DNA of 64,000 bases, from the NCBI RefSeq assembly GCF_018350175.1, contig NC_058368.1, forward strand, positions 51,027,815-51,091,814. Reading direction: 5' to 3'. This DNA comes from Felis catus (lineage: Eukaryota). This document shows, piece after piece, positions 51,945 through 64,000 of the stretch (position 1 is its first letter; each line of letters starts with the position of its first letter). The position numbers and the translations under genes were made by a program. The notes beneath the pieces were generated by a model. It worked only from the letters and a program-made list of their open reading frames with translations, was not told the origin of the DNA and searched no databases.

Positions 51945-54900
51945 TTAAAGGAGTGAATGTTTTATTCTTTAGTGTTTAATAGAATACATAACAAGTCACA
52001 TAATCAATGATTCATTACTTCACACACAGGGAGGAAAACAGTTATCGAGTATGTCTATTATACAACTGGTTGTGAACAGGGAGAACAAGAATCTCTGGGG
52101 TGTTTAGACAGTTGAAGAAACTCTCACTTAAAAAGTTTGGGCATATCTGAAATGTCTTTTTTAAAACAGAGAGGGATTTTTTTTTTTTTTTGCTTTCTGT
52201 TTCATTAGAAAAGTCTGATAATTGTTATGATTTTTTTCCCTTTCTCCTTCTATTTTGAGAAAATGGCTCAGTGGTATATATCACTTAGCATATAATGTTT
52301 TCAACAAGTGCATAATCCCAGAGAGCTCTGTGGGAATCTTATACTGTTCAGCAGATACAAGTTTTTCATGTGTGGAAAAATTTAGTAACATACAATTTAT
52401 GTCTTCACAATTAACATCCACAATGGACATCTTAAACTTTTGTCATTAAATGTCACGAATGATGTTTGAGTGGTCATAAATGAATTGTCATCCTTTGTAT
52501 TCAATAGTAATAGCAAAATTCACCTGCCTATAGTCACAAAGACAGTTGTATAACAGTTTACAATTAATGTTCACATACTTCAAAACACATTTAAAATACA
52601 AAAAAAAATTGTGGGGAAAAAAAACCCCACAAAATGTATAAGGTGACACGAATTCTTGGTCAGCTATTTATCTTTCTACCACATAAGATTATAGTCTAAT
52701 GTAGATGTTCTGCTTGGATTTTTTTCCATCTAAGTTTCAAGGGCCCCAGTAGAGATTCTAAATCTTCAAACATCAATACGTTTAGATTTTTGTTATCCAA
52801 AATTATAAAAAGAAAAGTTAATTTCAATATAACTTGTTTCTGGCTCTAAGAAACCCAATTTCAGGTACTACAGCCACTGAATACACAAGAGTATTTTATT
52901 TATTCTCAAGAGACAGACTTAAGTCATCTAAGAAAACTAATTCAGTTTTTAAATGGGTTATAGTAAGGAAAAAAACAAACAAAAAAAAATACCAAAGGAT
53001 TTACTCTGCTAGGTTTACAATAAAAAATATTGTTTATTATTTTAGAAATTTGAGTTGAGTACTTATGATTGAGACTATAAAAGAAATTCTTACAGAATTC
53101 AACCCCTCCAGTCAATGCTTTTCTAAATACTTGCACTATACTTTAGCATGTTTCATGTGGAGTACAAAAATGTTTTGAATATTAGATTAGAACTTACCAT
53201 AATTTAAAAAGTAAAAAATTATCAAAGCTTCACCTTACATGGCTTCAATGTAATAACATTCCATGGAAAATTCCAATAAAAATTGGAATATGTTATGAGC
53301 ATTGCCAGTCGCCCATTTTGTCTGAGAATTCAGATTATACGTTTCCTCAGAGAAGCAACAGGCCCCATATATGGATCTGGTTTGAAAGAGAAGACAGTGT
53401 TGGCTAGTATTACAAATTATCACTTTTCTATCAATGCAAAAAAAAAAAAGAAGAAGAAGAAACACAAAAATAAAAACAATAATGAAAAGGAAAAAAATTT
53501 CTAGGTCTCACATCTTCAAGGAATATTTTCCACAACCTACAGTTTGAAAAATTGGACTGAATATGGTCTGAATATGGTTCATGGTCTACATGTATTAAAA
53601 ATAGACAACTTCTTAAACATCTGGTGCAAAAGCATTGAACGTGGTACCTGTTTTTTTTAACTACCACTGTCAACAATTCTTTTTTTAATTAAATTTGTTG
53701 TTAAATCTCATGTCACTCACTTGTGAACCAAATGGTAATTAAAGCTATGACATATGTAAATGCATGCTACACTGAGGCAGGTTAATGAAGTCATCATTAT
53801 CTAAATAATTTATGACATTCTCTCAGGTTATGTGAATGGTGTCTTTGGAGGGCTTACTCGAATGGACCCTCGATATCCCATCCAAGCTTAGAGGTAACAA
53901 CCAAAACTCCAGTCCACTTTGTAGACCACTAAGGGTCCTTCAGTGGCCCACAGGACATGGAGAAGAAGGAAACCAAAAATGCCCATGAGAAGTCATCTTG
54001 CCACAGTTATTATGACCTACCCAGTGTAGAAGGATTTCCTACCCAGCCTTTACTTTGGGCTAAAAGTAGAATATTGTCATTTTTCAACTGCCAACTTTAG
54101 AGGGCATAGTCATCCCTAGAAAAAGAAGTCAGTTTATGGTGTCTAACCATTTAGAATTCCCAGTCTTTCAAACAATGAAAAGGGCAGGGTGAGCATCGCA
54201 GGGCAGCCAGAGTGTGTGGGGAAAGTAAGATTTGTATGTGCAAAAAGTGAAATCGTTCAACTCAAAGTTTTATCAGATACAATTCATAAGACTTAAGGGG
54301 CACAAACAAAACTTTAGTACTTTCCTGTGACTCCCGGAGTTGTGCAGATTTAACAAGGAAAATCAGACTGTTAGAGTCTTGCCATCTGTCAGGGGTTTTG
54401 ATCTGTCCTAAGATGTCCTCAGTTAACGTGTTTTTTGTTGTACAATCTAAGAGAACACTATATAGGGTGGAGAAATCTCTGTGACACTCTTTTGTCCAGA
54501 AAGCGACCTTACTAAATCATTTCAGGATGTGAACAGATAAGTTCTGTTGCATTACCAATCTGAGAACACACCCAACATTTAAGCAAACACAACTTCCTGG
54601 ATTTCTGCTTCCATTTCCCTTACAATTTATGAGATTTGTAAATAAAACTAACTTTACCTTTCTAAAATTGTAACACCAATGTAAAGACTTCAAATCTTTC
54701 TCTTTACCAGTTAAAAAAAAGAATTTGTGCGTTAAAAATACAGGTACCTTGATTTTAAGAGGACAGTTAACATACTATTGGTACATAACTAATATCCAAG
54801 CAAAAACAGTATGGAGTAAACTCAGTTTTATAAGTATTTTTTCCTGGACCCAATGTCCCCATAGATAAGAATATAAGAAATTCATTAAAGCATGTTGCTT

Positions 54901-56975
54901 TAGTATATACACCATCTGATGCACATTACTGGGGGTAAATATAGGAAATTTTTTAGCATTAGCAAATGAATTAAAAAACTAATGATTCGTGTAAAATGTT
55001 TATATATGGTATATAAAGATTGGATCACATGAGTCTAAGAAAAAAACTGTTCCAATTCTTAATATCTATTATGGACGTAGTAAGATACAGTACAAGATTC
55101 ATTTTTAAAAAGAAGAAAAAATAGCACTAATTTGAACACTGAAAACGACTCTTACAAAATCTTTAAAAAAACACTTTAGAGAAAACTGCTAAAACAAATG
55201 AAAAGGAAAAGGCTTCTCCGTCATCACAGAATATCCAAAGGAGCCTCACAGCATGAAAGACAAGGATTCACTTCCCTTCACCTATGGTGTAGACAGGATA
55301 AGCAGTGGGAATGTATTCCTCATTAGAGTAAAGGTATAAGGCAACCGGGTCTCCTTCTGTTTCTCTTGCATTTACCTAAAACACTATTTTATTGCTCAAC
55401 CCACTTGTGATTCCTTTTTTGCCTCCGTTTAAAAACATTTCATTGTATAGCTATCTACAGATGGGCAGCCCTTGGTGCTTCTTTCTCTCTGCAGCTGGCA
55501 CTCAGAAAGATTCCACCTTAATATCAAACAATCTGTAGGTGAGAAGTGGCATTTTCAGGTTCTCAGTTTGCCCAGGAGTCATCACTGGCTAGGCTTGAAG
55601 AAAATAAGAATTTTTAAGAAGAGATCTTAAGTTTAAGTAACCAAAATCAAACTTAGTTTGCTCATTAATAGATTTTAAAATCGAGATTTATAGCCAACAA
55701 GAAAATAAAGTTCAAAAAAACCTAAAGTTCAAAAACTACTGGGTAACTCTTTGGTTAGGTTATATAAGTATCAGTAACTTCTAAGTTTAGGACTCAAAAC
55801 AGTTCAATAAACTGCCAGATAAGAGTAGATCTGTTATTAATCTTTACAAAATGCTTTGCACGTTTTTGTGTACTACTTCTTAAATGTACGTGTACTCAAA
55901 CGGATGGCACAAACTTCCAACTTTCAAATAATAAGTGAGTGTGTCTGCTCCTCCCTTCCCACCCCTTCACCCCTCCTTCCTCCCTCCCCATCCCTCCCCC
56001 CAAGTCTTAAGAGCTAACGTCCTACTGCCATTCACTGCAAGAATACGGGCTCTCCTAATACCCACGGCGTGCATTACTACCCAGCTCCGTTTACAGTCAC
56101 TGCCAGGTGACTTCGCACAGTGCTCGGCGACCTGGGCTGTCTCGCCCTTGTCAGCGTCAACACGCTTTCTCCCTCTTGCCAATAACGGCGGCCATGTCAA
56201 CCAGTCGAACTGAGGGCTTCCGGCGGTGAGTCAAGGAGAAAGGATGCCTCCTCAGGCAGGAGGGTAACTTTCTACAAGTTTAAGCCACAGGCAAAGACCT
56301 TTCATTGTGCACGGAAAAGATACAGTCCTTCATTGTGCCAGCACTAGATTCTTTTCCTACGTCACACAGAACTTCTCAAAACTTTACTCATTTGTTGTCA
56401 CTGAACCGCCTCCAAGGGATCCTCATTCCAGGTCCGGAGTCTTCCATCCAGCCCTCTAAAACTCTACCTTTAAAGAAGGTCTAAAAGGCTATACATAATG
56501 ACCTTTTAAAACACTAACTAGTCCCAATGTTATCAATCTGATCTCTTAAACCGCGAATGGGTCAAAGGGGCTTGGGATTTCAAGGAATCTTCTACACACT
56601 GGACAGAGTCCAATCAGGTTCCGAACAATTCGATCATCACCAGGTACTTGGTGACTTTGTGGCCACACTGTCCCACTAGTTGCAGACTGAAGGACAATCC
56701 AGGGGAGGGGTGGTTTGAGTCAGGGGGCAGAGGAAGCACTGGAGGGGGTACACCTGGGCTCTCTCTCGGTTAGCGGGGTCCAAAAAAGACGAAGAAGCCG
56801 AGAGGATTTGCGGCTGCAGGTTCTCAAGTAGGGGGTGAGTCGGTCTGGCCCAGCTACTAAAGGTGGGAGACAGGGGAACGGGAGGGCGTGGGGTAGGAGG
56901 GGAGATCGAGAATCCTCTCCTCGGCAGGAAGGAGGGGGGATGGGCGCGCTGAAGTCGCGAGGGGATCTGGGGAGC
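51945..56975 (-). other. KCTD12: Inferred KCTD12 3' UTR (~5 kb, AT-rich, no recognisable transposons)
   Basis: Lies between the stop codon and the poly(A) signal; no SINE/LINE text seen. Confidence 0.65.
51960..51967 (-). terminator. Probable KCTD12 distal polyadenylation signal (AATAAA; ATTAAA about 14 nt upstream)
   Basis: Plus-strand TTTATT; minus strand continues into U/GU-rich TCCTTTTGGCTTCTGGGTATGG; gives a ~6.2 kb mRNA, in line with my recollection of the human transcript size. Confidence 0.65.
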
Positions 56976-58340
<1,365 letters not shown>

Positions 58341-59487
58341 CCCGGCTGCTGGCTCCACCCCGGCTCGCGCGCGTCGGGGACGACCCGACTACACCCCTCG
58401 CCCCCCTTCCACCTCGCCAGGCGCGCGCTCGAACCCCGCCCCTCTCCCGCCCAACTTTCTTCCCCCTCCAAAGCGGACAGAGCCGGGACGGGCCGCTTCG
58501 GAAGACCAGCCTCCTTTGGAGGGGCAGTCATGGCGCCCTCTCCCCTTCTAACCCCGTCTGGGAGGAGGACGTAAACTTTCCGGCTTCCCCCGGCCGGGCA
58601 GTAGAAGTGCGTGGCCGCCTCCAGAACTGGCCGCTTTGAACACCGGAGCTGTGGCGCTGCCCTAGTCGGTCGTCGTGTTGCTGAAAGTTCGCAAGACATA
58701 CAAAACACCTGGAGGGTCCAAGAGGACTCCCCAGTTCGGAGGCGGCCAGATGCTGTTGACCTTAACTAGTAGCCACGAAAAAGGCCGAGAAACCGAAAAA
58801 AACCTCAGTATCCGGCCATAGAACTTGTCACCGATAGTTTCTTTTATGGGTGAAAAGGCAAACTCATTGGTTGAGAGACCTGAAAGTAGGAGGAAATGTG
58901 CTGCAGTGGCGACGGAGAACTTGGATGCACTAAAAGAGTGACTTCGTGGCGCGTTCCCACGAACGTGGAGGACGCGGCCTCCTCGCATACGGCCTTTGAG
59001 GCCAAGCTGCCAGCGATACGGTGAGGCCGAAGTAACCGCCCCGCCTCCCTTTCAACGTTAGGTGGACGCGCTATAAAACAATAATTTGGAAAAGCCACCT
59101 TTCAGCTGCTGCGTGTTTATGCTCCCAAAAGTCCAGGTCTCTGTGGTCTCCCGCGCACCTTGGTCATCCCAGGCTGTTCTCTCCAGGTTCCGCTCTGTCT
59201 CAGCGCCTTTGTACTTTTGAAAGCCCTTCTAGGTCCCACGTGGTGCTGTAATTCCTCCCTTCATATTGCATTCATCTGGCACCATGCAGCCCAGAAAACT
59301 TCTCCACTACCATCCCCAAGCCTTCTGTGGCTTCCCAGGCCAGTGTGAGCTCTCTGGATTACGCCCTCCACGTGCCCCTCTAACAAAGACCAATACATGC
59401 TGAAATTTCACATTTGTGAGTGATTATCTGATCCTGGCTTGGGTAAATAAAGAGAGGGTGGTGAAGAAGGTTAAGAAATCACCACGT

Positions 59488-59668
59488 GGGGCGCCTGTAT
59501 GGCTCAGTCAGTTGAGGGTGGAACTTAAGCTCAAGTCATGATCTCACCTTGTGTGAGTTCGAGCCCCCATCAGGCTCTCTGCTGTCGGCCAGGGCCCACT
59601 TGGGATCCTCTCCCCCTCTTGCACCTCCCCTGCTCATGCTCTCTGTCTTTCAAAAGTCAAAAGAAAAA
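59488..59668 (+). mobile_element. CanSINE
   Basis: TSD AAGAAA[T/C]CACCACGT. Confidence 0.93.
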
Positions 59669-60229
59669 GAAACCACCACGTCAATGAATATTTGTTTTGC
59701 CTGGGCCATACCTTGCAGAATGCAAAGTGAAGTAAGATCCAAAGTGCTTTCTTTGTAGCCCACTAGGCAGAGGCAGAAGTCTGAGCAGTAGTCAGATCAG
59801 TTTGAAGAACAGATCCTCAAACAGGGTAAATCAGCAGAGACCTTTGTTCTTGACAATGTATTACACTTCTGTGTAACTGCCCAATGAGCTTCACAGTCTC
59901 CTCAAGGATAAATGTCATTTTTACTTTGGAATGTTTATGTCTGCTGAGCAATTATCTCATTCATGTCAGAACGCTGAAATATGATCAAGCCCCAGACCAG
60001 CTCACTTAATTGCAAGTACAGATTTTGATACTGAATATATTTGACCACTCTTTTTGTCTGTTCTTTGGGAGAAATAATAAATGACACAAAAGTTCCCAGT
60101 TTTGCAACGCTGAATTTCTAGGCAGTGATGCTACTATTTGGTATATCAGTGTCACAAACCTGACAAAACCAGTCTCTTTTCTATAAATCCAAGAAAAGCC
60201 TTCTTGCCGTATGTAGTTTTATATCATTA

Positions 60230-60920
60230 CTTTGTTCATGATACCAGCAAATCCTTTCAGTTCTGCCTTCAAAATACTTCCCGACAATTAACATGCTTCA
60301 CCACCTCCCTGCCACCACCCTGGACCAAGCCACCCATCATCTCTTACTGGATTATTGCATCGGTCTTCTAACTGCATCCACCTTTGCCCCCTCCAATCTT
60401 TTATCACCCCAACAAAGAGACGGATCCTATTATAACCTAAGTCAAATCACGTCGCTCTGCTCAAAGCCTCCCAGTGGCTTCCCATTTCACAAAAGAGTAA
60501 AAACCAAACTCCTTTTATTCACAAGACTTCACAAGACTCTACAGGATTGGAGCTGCCCCACCCGCGCCCCTCCACCTATCTGCTGCCACTTACCCAGGAG
60601 CTTGCTGGCTTGAGCTACCTTAGCCCCCACTACTGTTTTCTCCAAACCTTTGCACTTCCTATCCCCTTTTTCCCTTTGCTAAAATACTAACCCCCCCCCC
60701 CCTTATCTTCCTCACCTTCTTCTGGTGACCTTGACCACTTTATTTAATATAGCACAGCCCCACCCAAGCTGCTTCCCCTTCTCTACTTTGTTCTCTATTT
60801 CCCTGCATTGGAATGTAAACTCCAAGAGCTCAGGGAACTTGTCTGCTTGATTCATTGCTACATCCCCAGTGCCTAGAACAGTCATGGTGTACAATAGGCA
60901 TTCCATAAGTATCTGTTGCT
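60230..60920 (+). mobile_element. L2 (L2a-like) 3' region
   Basis: AAATCCTTTCAGTTCTGCCTTCAAAATA...CTGGATTATTGCA...GAATGTAAACTCCAAGAG...CCCCAGTGCCTAGAACAGT. Confidence 0.85.
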
Positions 60921-60924
60921 CACT

Positions 60925-61200
60925 CGCTTATTCCACCAATATCAAATGGCTACTACTATGTTCCAGGCAGTGTGTTAGAAAATAATCTCTGCCTTCTTGG
61001 AGCTCACAGTCTTGTGAGGAAGACAGATAGTAAATATATAGGTACGTAAGTCCGCTTTAGGTAGAGATAAATGCCATGAAGTAAATAGAATTGTGAAATG
61101 AGACAGAGGGACCGAGCGTGGGGATACCACTTTATGTAGACTGGCTGGAGGGCCTCTCCGTGAAAGTGACATATGAGCTGAATAACAGGAAAGAGAACCA
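60925..61200 (-). mobile_element. L2 3' fragment, tail-to-tail with the previous one
   Basis: CTACTATGTTCCAGGCA...GGAGCTCACAGTCT...GTGACATATGAGCTGA. Confidence 0.65.
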
Positions 61201-61734
61201 TTCTCTACCAGCTGTCATAACCTGTTCACCCACCACAAGCTAGTCCACTGCAGGGAGCCATTGGTATTTCCTTATAGAAGTCTAGGTTGGGCATTCATCA
61301 TAATGAATGAAACAGGTGATATGAAACTGAAGGAATAATTTTCTGGTCAATTTGGTATGTTCTTTTTCTTGTCTATTCACTGGTGTCACAAATTCAAGAG
61401 GAACTGTAATTGGGGAACTTCAGTGTTGGGACTTAGGGCCTGATGTTTGTGGGGGAAGGGAGGGCCATAACTCTGGCTTCTTCTGTATGTTAAATATGCG
61501 TAAGGTAAGGGAGGAGTCCGGAAATTGCCAGCCCTGTGTCTAGTCTCAGTTCAGTTTCTAGTGATGGATAAATTGATCATTGTTCCTTTGCAAGTGACCC
61601 TGTACTTTTCTAAATAAGAGACAGTGCTATGTCCTTCTATCCTCAAGTGTAGAGCATTGGAAACACCTCTGACCTACATTCTCATCTGATTTGTATCTTC
61701 TCCCCCACTTACCACTTTCTCTTCTAGTCAACTT

Positions 61735-61762
61735 CCCACCCCACCCCACCCCACCCCACCCC
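61735..61762 (-). repeat. (GGGGT)n pentamer repeat, G-quadruplex capable
   Basis: Plus strand CCCA(CCCCA)n. Confidence 0.85.
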
Positions 61763-62484
61763 ATGCACTGGGTAAATGCTATGCACACTAAAGATTTGAG
61801 CAAGGAATGAGGAAGATTAAGAGAATAATATAAAGTTAAAAGAGGAGAAAGAACTGGGTGAAATGAAATGAGCACCTAGGAGGATTGAGTGAATTTAACC
61901 TATGAATTTAACATAAACGATCTGTAAGCTGTAAAACACCATTCAAGTGTCAGAATCGTGATTTTCCACCACCTGTCATAGTGCCTGGCAAGCCTACGCA
62001 GTAAATACTGAAGGAATAAATGAATGGCAAAAACATTGAAATGAATGCTGTGAGGAAAGGGGAGAAGAGACACATTCAGAAATTGTCCCAAACAAATGTT
62101 TAGCTCATTTATCATCCTCCCAGTGTGTGTGATCCCTTCTGTACACAGACTTTAAAATTCATTGACTTGTTACTTTCAGAGAAAGAAAAGAATCAGATAC
62201 CAAACGACGTAAATCAGGTAATAAAATGGTCTTAATAAAGATTTGGTAAAATATATCCTGATATCTAATCCTAAAAAGAGATAGAAAATGCTAAATGAGG
62301 GACATGGCCAAAATACTAGGCCTAGAAAATGAAGCAAATCCCAACATCACGATGCTACGACTTTTATACCTATTAGAACCAAACACAGAAACAAAAATTA
62401 ATGTTGGAAATTTTTAATTTTTTATTTCCATATCCTTATAAATAGTGTCTGAGACTTTTCCAGGAAACAAGTAATAATATAATA

Positions 62485-62665
62485 GCAGGCATCCATAGAG
62501 CACTTGCTATGTGCTGACCCTGTTAGATCTATCCATGCATTAGCACATTGAATCTATGAGATTAGTGCTATTGCTACCCAATCATTAGAAGATCATATGG
62601 GCAAATAAGTGGTGGAGCTGGGATTTGAACCCAGGCAATCTCTCTTTAGAGCTGATGCTTTTAAA
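62485..62665 (-). mobile_element. MIR fragment
   Basis: GAGCACTTGCTATGTGC...AAGTGGTGGAGCTGGGATTTGAACCCAGGCA. Confidence 0.75.
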
Positions 62666-62671
62666 TGCTGT

Positions 62672-62910
62672 GGGGGCGCCTGGGTGGCGCAGTCGGTTAA
62701 GTGTCCGACTTCAGCCAGGTCACGATCTCGCGGTCCGTGAGTTCGAGCCCCGCATCAGGCTGTGGGCTGATGGCTCAGAGCCTGGAGCCTGTTTCTGATT
62801 CTGTGTCTCCCTCTCTCTCTGCCCCTCCCCCGTTCATGCTCTGTCTCTCTCTGTCCCAAAAATAAATAAATGTTGAAAAAAAAAATTTTTTAAAAAAAAA
62901 TAAAAAATAA
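62672..62910 (+). mobile_element. Young felid CanSINE
   Basis: GGGGCGCCTGGGTGGCGCAGTCGGTTAAG...; TSD TAAATGCTGTG. Confidence 0.97.
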
Positions 62911-63562
62911 ATGCTGTGTTTTCCAGCCTCTCACTTCTACAAATGTTTTAGATGTATGAAGGAAACGGGTTCTATTATTGTCCCCACTTTACTGATGGAG
63001 GACCCAAGGCAGGAGAGGTTGGGTCACTTGACCAATGTAATGCAGCTGTTTATCCCTGCTTGGGGCAGAAAATGGTACTCTAACATCCTGTGCTTGTGAG
63101 CCACAGGATTGGTGACCCAAAACTCAAAGTAGCTACTGTCAAATAAGTAGGATTAGGAAGCAGTTAAGTCCTTGGCTCTTGCTTCTGTCTCTTATCAATA
63201 GTACAATCTTGCCTCCGGGAGGAATCTCCAAGGACATATTTGAGCCCCAGACAGAATGGACCTACTGTTGTCCTCCTCTTCACCCAACCCAGTCCTACAC
63301 ATGATAAATATTCTTTTATTTCTGGCCCTCTAAAATACCATAAGGGTTTGCAAAGCGCCAGGTTCTTAGTAGGTTTACCTAGTTTTATTCTGATCTCATT
63401 AACTCTAGACAAGGATAAAGTGAGCCTGGAAACTGCTGAGATCCAGGCTCCAGTTTTCAAAAGCAAGCAGTATCCACTGGTCTTCTGGGACTTGTGAAGT
63501 TGAACAAATGTATTCCACTTGTGGCTTTACGTATCAAACTGAGCACAAAAATAACTGGACCT

Positions 63563-63578
63563 CACACACACGTGCGCA

Positions 63579-63620
<42 letters not shown>
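63563..63620. repeat. (CA)n microsatellite with CG-rich interruption
   Basis: Direct reading. Confidence 0.95.
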
Positions 63621-63622
<2 letters not shown>

Positions 63623-64000
63623 AGCGATTCTGGAATTTCTCACCAAGGCTAATTATTAACATCACTGCCTTGGTTTCAGATTGTGGTACTTTGCCTACAG
63701 GTTAACTATGAATGAGTTACCACATTCTATTCTAGTGCCTCCCGGTTTTGAAGGCTTTCATATTGTCAGCTTCACTTGATTATCACAACAGGGTGGGGAG
63801 GTGTCATTCAACAGTGTCACAAATGCAGAAAGACTCTGAGAAAGGGCAGGCCACTTCCACTGCCCCTCTGGTAACAGCAGCGTGCACGCACACAGTGCCT
63901 GTCAGGTAACTGGACGCAGCACAGGGATGCAGACAGAGGCCTCCTGTTTCCCGACATTCAGTGGTCTTCCAGCTCTTCAGCAGCCCTGTCAAATCTACTC

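Noticed and set aside
55967..56200. 77-aa minus-strand ORF in the 3' UTR containing DADKGE
   Set aside because: Too short a resemblance to KCTD8/16 linkers; no further homology.

Overview
Mammalian genomic DNA, almost certainly a felid judging by about 29 cat-type CanSINE (SINEC) copies and a carnivore L1 3' end. The only credible protein-coding gene is the intronless KCTD12 (GABA-B receptor auxiliary subunit; minus strand, ATG at 57959 to TGA at 56976, 327 aa). It sits in a CpG island (~56830-59120), with an inferred TSS near 58170 and a ~5 kb transposon-free 3' UTR ending at a poly(A) signal near 51960. The rest is intergenic: SINEs, L1/L2/MIR fragments, ERVL/MaLR/ERV1 solo LTRs, hAT DNA-transposon fossils, microsatellites and a few repeat-free blocks that may be enhancers. 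I found no convincing novel multi-gene system. The best leads are: a probable fossil splice donor at the KCTD12 C-terminus that could explain loss of the H2 domain; a latent donor overlapping the stop codon; a divergent TATA promoter candidate; a neuronal miRNA seed cluster; a very young SINE with an 82-nt tail; a tail-only retro-insertion; and microsatellite-born NRF1/Z-DNA motifs. Repeat family names were assigned by eye from remembered consensus sequences, and repeat boundaries are approximate.
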